A stretch of 59,638 nucleotides of DNA, filler included. It is 5 parts of 5 records of this genome, joined end to end, with 100 filler letters (N's around TTAATTAATTAA, not from the genome) between each part and the next. Parts side by side here need not be neighbours in the genome. Positions count along the whole stretch, not along the records: positions 23,756 to 39,562 come from SRR31156797_21879; positions 39,663 to 45,359 come from SRR31156797_21914; 3 more parts are not named here. One strand, written 5' to 3'. Position numbers and translations under genes: made by a program. The notes beneath the pieces were generated by a model. That model saw nothing but the letters and a program-made list of their open reading frames with translations, was not told the DNA's origin and searched no databases. This document shows, one piece after another, positions 32,395-43,172 of this stretch. How positions within the stretch are numbered: the stretch's first letter is position 1; every line of letters starts with the position of its first letter.

Positions 32395-33237
32395 ATGAAC
32401 GCGAAAAAGAAATACATTGTAATACCCTGGGATTTTTCTGAGGGCGCAGAAATTGCTCTTCAGCATGCAGTGCAGCTTGCCAAGGTCGTGAATAATGGAA
32501 TTGCCTTACTTTATTTAAATAATGTCAAAGGCGGTCTATTCGGAGGTTTCAGTAAAAAACTGTCTGAAGAGGAGCTTTCAAAAATTGAACAGGACTTGAC
32601 TGCAAAAGCCGAGAAAATTTCAAACGATTTCGATATGGAATGCCGGGCATTTGTTAGACAAGGAAAGGCAAAACAAATTGCCCAGGAAATCATTCATTCG
32701 GTTAATGCTAACCTGATGGTAATGTACAAATCCGTTCAGGGAAATAAAAACACATTGAGCGTTACCGATTTTCTCAAAATTATGAAAGGTGCTTTTATAC
32801 CTTTTATTATTGTTGAGAATCCTCCTGCACACGAATACTACAAAGAAATTGTTGTGCCTATTGATGATGATCGCAGATATCGCGAATCTTTAGCATGGAT
32901 TATATACATGGCTAATTATTATAAATGTAATATTAACCTTATGAAACCTTTCTTAAATGATGAGTTCAGAAAGAAAGAGTTGGCCAATAATGTATATTTC
33001 ACTAAAAAAATGCTGGATAAGCAAAATATTATCTACGGTGTGAAAACAGCAAAGAAAAAGGAACCATTTAAAACAGCAGTTTTTAAATTTGGTGGTATAA
33101 TTGAGGCCGATATGATAATGATGACTGCAAAGTACTATCATAAGTGGTTAAGTGGTAAGAGTACAGATTCATATGACATTCCAGTTATGTGTATTCCACC
33201 TCGAGCTGACCTTACAAAGTACTCAAGCTTTATTTAG
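32395..33237 (+). CDS. universal stress protein (tandem USP-like domains)
   Basis: IVIPWDFS at the N-terminus and IVVPID at the start of a second domain. Confidence 0.8.
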   Translation: MNAKKKYIVIPWDFSEGAEIALQHAVQLAKVVNNGIALLYLNNVKGGLFGGFSKKLSEEELSKIEQDLTAKAEKISNDFDMECRAFVRQGKAKQIAQEIIHSVNANLMVMYKSVQGNKNTLSVTDFLKIMKGAFIPFIIVENPPAHEYYKEIVVPIDDDRRYRESLAWIIYMANYYKCNINLMKPFLNDEFRKKELANNVYFTKKMLDKQNIIYGVKTAKKKEPFKTAVFKFGGIIEADMIMMTAKYYHKWLSGKSTDSYDIPVMCIPPRADLTKYSSFI

Positions 33238-33258
33238 AAAAATTTACTTCAAATATAC

Positions 33259-33291
33259 GACCGGATGGGTTTTTTACCTGTCCGGTTTTTT
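33259..33291 (+). terminator. intrinsic terminator after the USP gene
   Basis: GACCGGATGGGT...ACCTGTCCGGTT stem followed by a T-run. Confidence 0.8.
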
Positions 33292-33380
33292 ATTTATATT
33301 ATAGAACATCTATAAGTCATTGTAAATCTCAGATGATTTGATTACATTTGTTCCAAGTGTAACCTTTAACTATTGTTATT

Positions 33381-34400
33381 ATGAAGACAATCGATTGGAG
33401 TAAACTCGGATTTGGATATTTCAAAACTGATTATAACGTTCGCGCACATTTCAAAGATGGTAAGTGGAGTGATGTTGAAGTAAGTGATAAAGACGTATTG
33501 GAAGTAAATATTGCGGCATCTGGTTTACATTATGGACAGCAAGCATTTGAAGGAATGAAAGCTTTCCGTGGTAAGGATGGAAAGATTCGCGTTTTTCGTT
33601 GGGAAGAAAATTTCAAACGACTTACAAATTCATCGGAAGGAATAATGATGGCCAAAGTGCCGGAAGGTTTGTTTAAAGAAATGCTTTTTAAAGTAATTGA
33701 ATTAAATAAAGACTATGTTCCTCCGCGTGAAACAGAAGCATCACTTTATATTCGTCCTGTTTTATTTGGCTCTGGTGCACAAGTTGGTGTAAAACCTGCA
33801 GCTGAATATACTTTTGCAATTTTTGTAATGCCTGTTGGTCCTTATTTTAAAGAAGGATTCAAACCGGTAAGTGTACAAATTGTGAAAGATGCCGACCGTG
33901 CAGCGCCTCTGGGAACAGGAACGCTTAAAGTTGGTGGTAATTATGCAGCATCATTAAGATCCGGTGTGCGTGCACATGATGAAGGATTTGCTGCAGCGCT
34001 TTATTTAGACGCAAAAGAAAAGAAATATATTGATGAGTGTGGGCCAGCTAACTTCTTTGCGATAAAAGATAATACTTACGTAACGCCAAAATCATCTTCT
34101 ATTTTACCATCAATTACAAACAAAAGTTTGTTGCAATTAGCAGAAGATATGGGCTTGAAAGCAGAAAGACGTCCTATTCCTGTGGAAGAACTTGATTCGT
34201 TTGAAGAATGTGGTGCTTGTGGTACTGCTGCCGTTATTTCACCAATTGGTAGGATTGTTGACCGTGAAACCGGAAAAGAATACATTTATTCAAAAGATGG
34301 TAATGTGGGTCCTGTTAGCCAAAAGCTTTATGATGAGCTTAGAGGAATTCAATATGGAGACAAACCTGATCCACATAATTGGGTTACAGTAATCGAGTAA
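33381..34400 (+). CDS. ilvE: branched-chain amino acid aminotransferase
   Basis: LHYGQQAFEGMKA, LYIRP, KVGGNYAAS and CGTAAVISPI motifs. Confidence 0.95.
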   Translation: MKTIDWSKLGFGYFKTDYNVRAHFKDGKWSDVEVSDKDVLEVNIAASGLHYGQQAFEGMKAFRGKDGKIRVFRWEENFKRLTNSSEGIMMAKVPEGLFKEMLFKVIELNKDYVPPRETEASLYIRPVLFGSGAQVGVKPAAEYTFAIFVMPVGPYFKEGFKPVSVQIVKDADRAAPLGTGTLKVGGNYAASLRSGVRAHDEGFAAALYLDAKEKKYIDECGPANFFAIKDNTYVTPKSSSILPSITNKSLLQLAEDMGLKAERRPIPVEELDSFEECGACGTAAVISPIGRIVDRETGKEYIYSKDGNVGPVSQKLYDELRGIQYGDKPDPHNWVTVIE

Positions 34401-34426
34401 TTAACAATTGATGACAATATTTATCC

Positions 34427-34458
34427 AAAGGGCTGTTCTCAAAAAGGGCAGCCTTTTT
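34427..34458. terminator. bidirectional terminator between ilvE and the DUF262 gene
   Basis: AAAGGGCTGTTCT-caaaa-AGGGCAGCCTTTT between convergent genes. Confidence 0.75.
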
Positions 34459-34497
34459 ATTTACCTTTGATTTAACTTTTATAAATTGAAGATACCT

Positions 34498-35583
34498 TTA
34501 TAAACTAATAATCCATTGAGCATCTTCTTTTATGGTAGTATATGTGCCAGTACTGAATCTTTTACTGAATCTTGCATCCCAAAACCACTTTTCTACTTTT
34601 TTTCTTGCTTCGGTATTCATCTCTGTTTCATCTGTTCTAAAAAAGTAGTATTGAAGAATAATCAAATGCGTTTGATATGACGATAGGCCAGTTGTAATTC
34701 TCATATCATGAAGCAAATCAACAGCCCTTGAAATAGCCTGTTGTGTTCTGTGCCAAAGGTTTTTAGCAAGCTCTGGATTAAGCTTTAGTTGATATGAATT
34801 TCTGCAATCATCAAATGCATTTAAGGCCAATGAATGCGTAAAGACTTTTTCTGTAAGACCGCCGGCTTTTGAGATTTTTTGGATTTGATTAAACTCTTCA
34901 ATTTTAGCTTTCATATCAAAATCAACAGACCATGTTGTGGCATGGACTAAATCAAATGATGATAAACGCTTGCCCCCTTGATTAATGCGCTCGAATATCT
35001 CAACTACTTCATCAAGTTCATAATTTAATGTTTTAACTATACTAACCGGATAGTCCAGTATGTTTTGCCTTACTTTTTGCCAATTATTGTAAATTCGATC
35101 AGAATCTTTCTTAAGTTGTTCACTAACCTCATTGAAAGCATCTTCATTAAAAATTTTCCAGGCCGGGATGGCATATTTTTCTGTTTTTCTGCGCGGAATT
35201 CTAAATGATTCTGCTGCCGGATTGAAACAAATTTGTGCATAGTTTCCATTGTCATTTTTCAAACCATGCAATGCCATATAAAGGGATAAAATTCGCTGTT
35301 GACCGTCTAAAATAAATTGAGTTTCACCATTTGTTTGACTTTGATTAATATTAAGGTCTTCAGTAGTGCGAATAAAGTCTTTGTATTTGTCAGGAGCAAT
35401 CCACAAAAAGAATGTTCCTATAGGATATTGTAGGTAGATGCTATTCAATAAAAGTACAACTTTGGTTCGCTCCCATGCATAATCACGTTGAAAACGAGGG
35501 ATTTTAATCTTACCGGAGGCCAGATTGTTTATGAGATCACTTAGCTTCCAGTCGCTAACGATTTGAATATTTGCATCTTTCAT
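34498..35583 (-). CDS. DUF262 (GmrSD N-terminal, ParB/Srx-like) domain protein
   Basis: IPRFQRDYAW, ILDGQQR and IFERINQGG motifs. Confidence 0.88.
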   Translation of the reverse strand: MKDANIQIVSDWKLSDLINNLASGKIKIPRFQRDYAWERTKVVLLLNSIYLQYPIGTFFLWIAPDKYKDFIRTTEDLNINQSQTNGETQFILDGQQRILSLYMALHGLKNDNGNYAQICFNPAAESFRIPRRKTEKYAIPAWKIFNEDAFNEVSEQLKKDSDRIYNNWQKVRQNILDYPVSIVKTLNYELDEVVEIFERINQGGKRLSSFDLVHATTWSVDFDMKAKIEEFNQIQKISKAGGLTEKVFTHSLALNAFDDCRNSYQLKLNPELAKNLWHRTQQAISRAVDLLHDMRITTGLSSYQTHLIILQYYFFRTDETEMNTEARKKVEKWFWDARFSKRFSTGTYTTIKEDAQWIISL

Positions 35584-35863
35584 ATGTTAGGTTTTTAAAA
35601 AGGACAAGTTATAAAAATATCCTGTAAGCTGCATAAAGAAAAATTTTTACATGAAAATTTATGCATGTATAACAGAACTATTCATTATCAATCTGCTGAA
35701 AATAAAATAATCTGTTTTTATTCAAACCTTTCATGAATTTGATTGTTAATTTATGCGAAAAACATGCCTAAATATTAATCATGAATTAAATGCTTGCTCA
35801 TTTTAGATTTGTGACTATTTATTTCTAATTTTGTTAGGCACTAATCTGATTAACTATATTAAC

Positions 35864-36931
35864 ATGCGTAAACTTCTTATTGTATTAGCCGCGCTTTCTT
35901 TATCTCTATACAGTTTTGCTGCAGATGAAGAGCATCATGGTTCAAAAGAAAGAGAACTAGATGTAAAAGAAGTTATCATTGGGCATATTATCAACGATTA
36001 TAGTTGGCATTTATTCACAACCCCATCCGGAAAACATGTTTCAATACCTTTACCGATAATTTTATATAGTGAAAGAACAGGATTTCATTTTTTCTTGTCC
36101 AGTAAGTTTCACCATGGTCATTCATCATACAATGGATTTGAAATTGCACATGAAGGACCTCAAGCCGGACGTATTGTAGAAATCGATAAGCAGGGAAGAG
36201 CTTATGAAGGAGGTTTGATTGACTTATCAATGACCAAGGTTGTTATCGGTTTATTTGTTACCATGTTTTTCATGTTATTGGTTTTTCTTAAGGCAGGAAA
36301 AATTGCTCGGAGAGGTGCTGATAAGGCGCCAAGAGGAGTATTATCTTTTGTAGAACCACTCATTTTGTTTGTAAGAGATGATATTGCAGCATCAGCAATA
36401 GGTAAAAATTACAATCGTTTTATGCCATATTTGCTAACAGTGTTTTTCTTTGTTTTTTTCACAAACTTATTTGGGCTAATTCCAATTCCTCCATTTGGGG
36501 CAAATGTAACAGGTAATATTTCAGTAACAGCATCTCTAGCATTGGTTACTTTTTTTATTACAACTGTCAGTGGAAATAAAAATTATTGGACACATATATT
36601 CAACACGCCAGGAGTCCCCTGGTGGTTGAAATTCCCACTTCCATTAATGCCTTTTGTAGAAGTAATTGGAGTATTTACTAAACCAATTATTCTGGCTATT
36701 CGTTTGTTTGCAAACATGACTGCCGGACATATTGTAATGTTAGCATTTATCACATTGATATTTATTTTTGGCGCAATATCACCAATTGTTGGTTTTGCTG
36801 TATCGCCATTTTCATTGTTGTTTGCTGTATTCATGATTATGCTGGACATATTGGTTTCATTTATTCAAGCATTTGTATTTACGCTTTTATCAGCCATTTA
36901 TTTTGGAATGGCCGTTGAAGAGCATCATTAA
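35864..36931 (+). CDS. atpB: ATP synthase F0 subunit a
   Basis: LAIRLFANMTAGH and IQAFVFTLLS motifs. Bacteroidota-type N-terminal extension. ATG 35864 is preferred over the upstream TTG. Confidence 0.95.
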   Translation: MRKLLIVLAALSLSLYSFAADEEHHGSKERELDVKEVIIGHIINDYSWHLFTTPSGKHVSIPLPIILYSERTGFHFFLSSKFHHGHSSYNGFEIAHEGPQAGRIVEIDKQGRAYEGGLIDLSMTKVVIGLFVTMFFMLLVFLKAGKIARRGADKAPRGVLSFVEPLILFVRDDIAASAIGKNYNRFMPYLLTVFFFVFFTNLFGLIPIPPFGANVTGNISVTASLALVTFFITTVSGNKNYWTHIFNTPGVPWWLKFPLPLMPFVEVIGVFTKPIILAIRLFANMTAGHIVMLAFITLIFIFGAISPIVGFAVSPFSLLFAVFMIMLDILVSFIQAFVFTLLSAIYFGMAVEEHH

Positions 36932-36934
36932 TAA

Positions 36935-37204
<270 letters not shown>

Positions 37205-37275
37205 GGATAAAGATTAACAGGCACCGTTCGGCGATTGGCCGTTCGGGCCTTTTCAAAAACCTTAAAATTTGAATT

Positions 37276-37770
37276 ATGGAAATAATAATGCCTGAAATAG
37301 GGGTGATATTTTGGACCTTCTTATCGTTCTTAGTTGTCTTTTTCATTCTTCGCAAATTTGCATGGAAGCCAATTATGAACATGCTTAAAGAAAGAGACCA
37401 ATCTATTAAGCAAGCGCTTAGCTCAGCTGATAATGCACGAAAAGAGATGCAAAAGCTGGAATCTAAAAATGAAGCGTTGGTTAAAGAGGCAAAGTTAGAG
37501 CGTGAATCATTGCTTAAAGAAGCAAAAGATACCCAAACGAGAATAATCAGTGAAGCAAGAGATAGTGCTAAAGATGAAGCTGGTAGGATGATTGAAAAAG
37601 CCCGTAAAGAAATTAAGGCTGAGCGTGAGGCTGCATTTACTGAAATGAAAGATGAGATAGTATCATATGCTGTAGAAATAGCCGAGAAAATTCTTCGTCA
37701 GGAGCTTCAAGATAAAAAGAAGCAAAAAGAAGTTGCAGAAAAATATCTCAACGACATTAAAAAGAATTAA
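37276..37770 (+). CDS. atpF: ATP synthase F0 subunit b
   Basis: N-terminal TM, KFAWKPI and a coiled coil. Operon position. Confidence 0.95.
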   Translation: MEIIMPEIGVIFWTFLSFLVVFFILRKFAWKPIMNMLKERDQSIKQALSSADNARKEMQKLESKNEALVKEAKLERESLLKEAKDTQTRIISEARDSAKDEAGRMIEKARKEIKAEREAAFTEMKDEIVSYAVEIAEKILRQELQDKKKQKEVAEKYLNDIKKN

Positions 37771-37808
37771 TAAGTGTATTTTTTTGAATGCACAAAAATA
37801 TTAATTGT

Positions 37809-38345
37809 ATGAACGATAGCATTATAGCACGACGATATGCAAAAGCTTTTTTTAAGCTTGGTGTGGAAAACAATAAACAAGAAGTTTTTGCCAATCAACT
37901 GAAAAGCTTACTTAATCTGTATAATCAGGATGAGAATTTTCAGTTTGTAATAAACAATCCGGTTATCAAAAATTCAAAAAAGAAAGAGCTTTTCAAAAAG
38001 CTTTTTGAAGGCAAAGTTGATGATATCGTAATGCAGCTTTTGAACTTATTGATAATAAAAAGTCGAGAAGAGTACTTACCTGATATTGCCAGGGCTTTTA
38101 TTAAAATGTATCAGGAACATGCAAATATTCAGGAAGTTCATATTACCTCTGCTTATGAAATGGATAAGACAACCATTGATGAAATAGAGAAATTGCTGAG
38201 AAAATTATCAGGTAAACAAAGTGATATTCATACAAAGATAGATAGTGATTTAATCGGAGGGTTTATATTGAAAGTTGATGATAGTCAGCTTGATGCATCT
38301 GTGAGTGGACAATTGAACACTATCAAAAAACAATTATCAAATTAG
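37809..38345 (+). CDS. atpH: ATP synthase F1 subunit delta
   Basis: ARRYAKA and LIGGF...DASV motifs. Second Met chosen as start. Confidence 0.93.
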   Translation: MNDSIIARRYAKAFFKLGVENNKQEVFANQLKSLLNLYNQDENFQFVINNPVIKNSKKKELFKKLFEGKVDDIVMQLLNLLIIKSREEYLPDIARAFIKMYQEHANIQEVHITSAYEMDKTTIDEIEKLLRKLSGKQSDIHTKIDSDLIGGFILKVDDSQLDASVSGQLNTIKKQLSN

Positions 38346-38365
38346 AAACTTAAATCTCAAATACA

Positions 38366-39562
38366 ATGGCTGAAATTAAACCTGCCGAAATTTCGGAAAT
38401 TCTCAAGAAAGAAATCGCGGGCATTAGCTCGGAAACAGGATTTGAAGACGTAGGTACCGTTCTTACAATTGGTGATGGTATTGCACGTGTTTATGGCCTA
38501 CAGAATGTAAAAGCCAACGAACTTGTAGAATTTGCTAATGGTACAAAAGGTATCGTTTTAAATCTTGAGGAAGATAATGTGGGTATTGTACTTATGGGCC
38601 ATACGGGCAACATTAGGGAAGGTGATATAGTAAAAAGAACTGGTCGTATTACTTCAATCAATGTTGGAGAGCAAATGCTTGGACGCATTGTGAATACCAT
38701 TGGTGAACCATTAGATGGAAAGGGAGATATAACTGGTGAGACTTTTGAAATGCCACTTGAGCGTAAGGCCCCGGGTGTAATCTTTCGCCAGCCGGTAAAA
38801 ATGCCACTGCAAACAGGATTAATTGCAATAGATTCAATGATTCCAATTGGTCGCGGTCAGCGTGAGTTAATTATTGGTGACCGTCAAACAGGAAAAACAG
38901 CCGTAGGTATTGATACAATTATTAATCAAAAAGAAAATTACGATAAAGGTGAACCTGTTTACTGTATTTATGTAGCTATAGGTCAAAAAGGATCTACTGT
39001 GGCCAACGTTGCGGCTACATTAGAAAAGTATGGCGCAATGGATTATACCATTATTGTTGCTGCTAATGCTTCAGACCCTGCAGCGATGCAGTTTTATGCG
39101 CCAATGGCAGGTGCTGCTATTGGAGAGTATTTTCGCGATACTGGTCGTCATGCATTAGTAATTTACGATGACTTATCAAAACAAGCCGTTTCTTACCGCG
39201 AGGTGTCACTTCTTCTTCGCCGTCCACCAGGTCGTGAAGCTTATCCAGGCGATGTGTTTTACCTTCACTCAAGACTACTTGAGCGTGCGGCTAAAATCAT
39301 TGAGTCTGATGAGGTAGCGAAAAACATGAACGATTTACCAGATAGTCTTAAGGATAAAGTAAAGGGTGGAGGTAGTTTAACAGCGCTTCCTATTATTGAA
39401 ACACAAGCAGGTGATGTTTCGGCATACATTCCAACCAATGTGATTTCTATTACTGATGGACAGATTTTCCTTGAGTCGGATTTATTCCTTTCAGGTGTGC
39501 GTCCGGCTATTAATGTGGGAATCTCAGTATCACGTGTAGGAGGTAGTGCTCAAATTAAATCC
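38366..39562 (+). CDS. atpA: ATP synthase F1 subunit alpha, 3' truncated
   Basis: [18 protein letters not shown] and SITDGQ motifs. Confidence 0.97.
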
Positions 39563-39662
39563 NNNNNNNNNNNNNNNNNNNNNNNNNNNNNNNNNNNNNN
39601 NNNNNNTTAATTAATTAANNNNNNNNNNNNNNNNNNNNNNNNNNNNNNNNNNNNNNNNNNNN
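39563..39662. other. artificial contig spacer
   Basis: N44-TTAATTAATTAA-N44. Confidence 0.98.
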
Positions 39663-40131
39663 CATTGAGGCGGCCAGGGCAGGTGAAGCAGGAAAGGGTT
39701 TTGCGGTTGTTGCCAACGAAATTAAAGACCTTGCTAAACAGACAGCGGAAGCAACTCTGGATATCAAAACCAAGATAGAGGGTATCCAGCAGGCCACCGG
39801 TATTACAGTGAAGGAGATTAATGAGATCAGTACGGTAATTGCTGATGTAGACCAGATTGTGGCAACGATTGCCACAGCGGTAGAAGAACAAACTGCAACC
39901 ACCAGAGAAATTGCGGAAAACGTAAACCAGGCTTCCACCGGTATAGGTGAAGTAAACGAAAACGTCTCCCAGAGTTCAGCAGTGGCCTCTGAAATTGCAA
40001 CTGATATAGCCGAAGTGAATAACAGCGCAAACGAGATGAACAGTGCCAGCTCTCAGGTTACAGAGAGTGCACAGGAACTTTCCACTGTCGCAGACAGACT
40101 CAAGGAGATGGTCGCAACATTTAAGGTCTGA
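39663..40131 (+). CDS. methyl-accepting chemotaxis protein, C-terminal fragment
   Basis: The frame from the contig edge reads [21 protein letters not shown], the MCP signalling hairpin. Confidence 0.95.
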
Positions 40132-40160
40132 TACCACAACCAAGCAAATTTCTTATCCAT

Positions 40161-40196
40161 AAAAAAAGGCGTCTGCTTTGAGCAGGCGCCTTTTTT
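40161..40196. terminator. bidirectional intrinsic terminator
   Basis: A7-GGCGTCTGCT-ttg-AGCAGGCGCC-T6. Confidence 0.85.
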
Positions 40197-40369
40197 ATTG
40201 TACAGTTCTTGTAGCTATTCAACGAATAACCAATTACCTCGCCTTACCCTCAATCTGTAACTGCTCAACAATGCTCCAAATACGTACAAGCAGGCCGGAA
40301 TACTATAGTAATGCTCTATTTTACTGCCTGACCGTGTGAAGAAGTAAGCGCAGACTCCGCGGGTACTGT

Positions 40370-41587
40370 TTAATAGTTACTAGTTCTTAAAAAATATACG
40401 AGCCCTTTAACCTCACTGGCCTTTTCCCGTCTCAACGTCACAGGTTCAAAACGGCAAACCTCAAGTCTATTTTCTTCTGCCACAGCTAAGATATAAGCGT
40501 GAGAATGAGAATACCTGCCATTTGCCTGTAATCTCCAATCCTCCCCTGCTCCGGATCCGGACTCGATTGAAAAACAAAGATGCACCTCATCACTGCATGC
40601 AGCTGTTATTGCATGAAAAACAGGATTCAAATCCCCAAAGTAGATAAAAACATCTGCAGCGAGTACCAAATCAAATCTAGTTTGGGATTTATCAAAGTAT
40701 GTTATCAGCTCAGCGTCTTCCAAGGTGTCATAGATTTGCTTTTGGCGCGCAATGTCTATCATCTTTGGTGAAAGGTCTATCCCGGTTAACGCCCTTGAGC
40801 ACTCACGAAAAAGTTTTCCGCAAAGACCGGTACCGCATCCAAGATCGAGACAGTGATCATACATTTTTTTGCGAGGCCCACGATTAAACAGTTTCCACAG
40901 CGTTTCCGGTGCACGATAGTCAAGGTCACCTATTAAATTGGTTTCAAATTTTTCTGAATAGTCATCAAACAGGCTCCTTATATATTCCTCTGGCGGTTTA
41001 GCATGGGATGTTTCGCCCTTAAGCGCTGCAACCATGTGTTGTGCCCCGGCATGATCGGGATCAACATCAAGAAGCTGTTCATAACTCTGTACAGCGCCCT
41101 CATGATCATCATGCAGATGAAGCAGGTAAGCCTGATTATTTAACGCTGGAGTATAAGTCGGATCGATCTCAATAACATGGGAATACACCTCTATCGCTTC
41201 CTCAGTCGCCCCGCACTCTTTACAGCAGCATCCGAGACTGTACAAAATTTCCACATCATCTGGCCGAAGAGCTAACGCCTGCTTGTAAGCTGTAACTGCC
41301 TCCGTGAACAAATGGAGTTTGTTGTTAGTCAGTGCCAGATTAAACCAATAATCGACCTCTGCCTCATTGACGGTAACAGCTTGCTGAAAGCACTCTTTGG
41401 CTTTTGCATATTCTTCTTGGTGGTAGAGGGCAAGGCCGAGGTTATACTGCACAGCGTCAGCATCAGGTATTTCGCTGACCACTTCCTTATACAAAGTTAC
41501 AGCCTGGGTGAAATCCCCCTGGCTGTGAAGGTCAAGAGCCTTGATATATAGCTGGTGAAGTTGTTCAAGTCGGTTATCTACTGGCAT
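40370..41587 (-). CDS. TPR-repeat plus class I SAM methyltransferase (COG4976-like)
   Basis: N-terminal TPR repeats, then YIRSLFDDY, LDLGCGTG, AADVFIYFGDL and GRYSH. Confidence 0.88.
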   Translation of the reverse strand: MPVDNRLEQLHQLYIKALDLHSQGDFTQAVTLYKEVVSEIPDADAVQYNLGLALYHQEEYAKAKECFQQAVTVNEAEVDYWFNLALTNNKLHLFTEAVTAYKQALALRPDDVEILYSLGCCCKECGATEEAIEVYSHVIEIDPTYTPALNNQAYLLHLHDDHEGAVQSYEQLLDVDPDHAGAQHMVAALKGETSHAKPPEEYIRSLFDDYSEKFETNLIGDLDYRAPETLWKLFNRGPRKKMYDHCLDLGCGTGLCGKLFRECSRALTGIDLSPKMIDIARQKQIYDTLEDAELITYFDKSQTRFDLVLAADVFIYFGDLNPVFHAITAACSDEVHLCFSIESGSGAGEDWRLQANGRYSHSHAYILAVAEENRLEVCRFEPVTLRREKASEVKGLVYFLRTSNY

Positions 41588-41590
41588 GGA

Positions 41591-42628
41591 TCACTTTTTC
41601 TTTGCTGGTACCATTTCCTGCTTCAATAAACAGCAGGAAATGCGGTGTTCTGGTTTACCGTTATCTTGGTAGTTTATATTTTCAGGCTGAAGCAACTTAT
41701 TCATGACGCACCCTTCAGGGATAGAAAGAGGAAAAAAACGATCTTCATTCAGCCCAGAGCGACGGCAAAGCTTCCCTGCTTTTATCTCATAGCTGTGGAT
41801 GGAATGATCTTCGCAGAGCGGACACTGATACACCCTTCCGTTGGGAAACACGAAATAGTTTTCCGCAACCATACCTGCGCACTCAAAGATTTCGTCAGGT
41901 TCAAGATATACTTTTGGATACACAACATGGATGCCCCGATTAGCAGCTTCCGCCGCAACACGGGGGACAGTGTCAAGCCAACGTTCCGGGTCGACCTGCC
42001 AGTTAAGCTCATCACTACCGCTTGTGGCAGCAGATTTTCCACGCAGGCCGATGACCTGAATAAAAAATCGCTTAATACCAAGATCCTCCACAAGCTCGGG
42101 CATTCGATAGAGGTGATCAATATTAAGACTCGAAACCGTATAAATGAGACTGGTAGCAAACCCCTGAGCAACTGCCTTCTTGATATTGGTTGTGCAAGTA
42201 GCAAAAACCCCGGTACCACGGATCGGGTCATTAACAGCGGCTTGCGGACCGTCCAGGGAAAAGCTCAAATAATCGAGTTCGCTGGGAGTGACCTTGTCCA
42301 GTAAATCATGGAACAAAAAACCATTTGTATCGACGGTAACAGCAAAACCCATTGCCTTGGCGGCCTTGATAATTTGCGGCAGGCCCGGATGCATTGTCGG
42401 CTCGCCGCCAAGCAGGATAAGATTTGACTGCTTTTCCTGATCACTAAAAAGCTGCAACCACTGGAGAACTGTTTCGAGTTCCAAAGTCTGCACCCCATGT
42501 TGATCGGGGTTAATGTAACAGTGGCGACAGGAAAGGTTGCAGGCGGTTAATAGATGAAAAAACACGTTTCTTTCACCGGTCTTAAACCCGACAGTACGTG
42601 CAAGAGGTTGCTTGTCCATGGAAATCAT
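41591..42628 (-). CDS. radical SAM protein with a Cys-rich C-terminal extension
   Basis: CNLSCRHC (CxxxCxxC), GGEP, DTNG and SLDG motifs. Additional C-terminal cysteines. Confidence 0.9.
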   Translation of the reverse strand: MISMDKQPLARTVGFKTGERNVFFHLLTACNLSCRHCYINPDQHGVQTLELETVLQWLQLFSDQEKQSNLILLGGEPTMHPGLPQIIKAAKAMGFAVTVDTNGFLFHDLLDKVTPSELDYLSFSLDGPQAAVNDPIRGTGVFATCTTNIKKAVAQGFATSLIYTVSSLNIDHLYRMPELVEDLGIKRFFIQVIGLRGKSAATSGSDELNWQVDPERWLDTVPRVAAEAANRGIHVVYPKVYLEPDEIFECAGMVAENYFVFPNGRVYQCPLCEDHSIHSYEIKAGKLCRRSGLNEDRFFPLSIPEGCVMNKLLQPENINYQDNGKPEHRISCCLLKQEMVPAKKK

Positions 42629-43143
42629 TCCTCGATGACTTGCTCAAGAGTATATCGTGAAAGCAGGCTATCCTGCCAATAAGAATAGTTTGCAAAAAAC
42701 TGCTGAAACAATTTTAAACTATCTGCTCGCAGCACCTTTTCGACTAGGGTAATTTGCATTTGTGCATAAAGCGCATTCAAGCTTTGCAAAGGTACGTTCG
42801 TGCCACCGCCCATTATATCTTCGTAGGCCCAGACAAAAGAACGAATGCCGGAAAGGAGCATGGTGGAATAACACATAAGACAGGGCTCCATAGTGGAGTA
42901 AACGACCACTGAGGAAAAATCATAATCAGGTTGGTCAGCCAGGAATGCACGCAAGGTAACGATTTCAGCGTGATCGATTTCATTGCAAAACTGATCGCTG
43001 CTGTTTTGTCTCCTTCCCCTGGCCAGTATCGTGTTATTGCCAACGAAAACGCAACCAACTGGAAACTCTCCCTCATTAAGGGCGAAACGCGCTTCTTTAA
43101 GCGCTTCGTGCATAAACTGTTCGTGATTGTTTTGTAACACCAT
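42625..43143 (-). CDS. zinc-dependent nucleoside/tRNA deaminase (CDA/TadA-like)
   Basis: HAE and STMEPCLMC motifs, plus GEFPVGC. Confidence 0.9.
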   Translation of the reverse strand: MVLQNNHEQFMHEALKEARFALNEGEFPVGCVFVGNNTILARGRRQNSSDQFCNEIDHAEIVTLRAFLADQPDYDFSSVVVYSTMEPCLMCYSTMLLSGIRSFVWAYEDIMGGGTNVPLQSLNALYAQMQITLVEKVLRADSLKLFQQFFANYSYWQDSLLSRYTLEQVIEE

Positions 43144-43172
43144 GGGTCTTTGTAATATAAGGTAAAAAAGGG

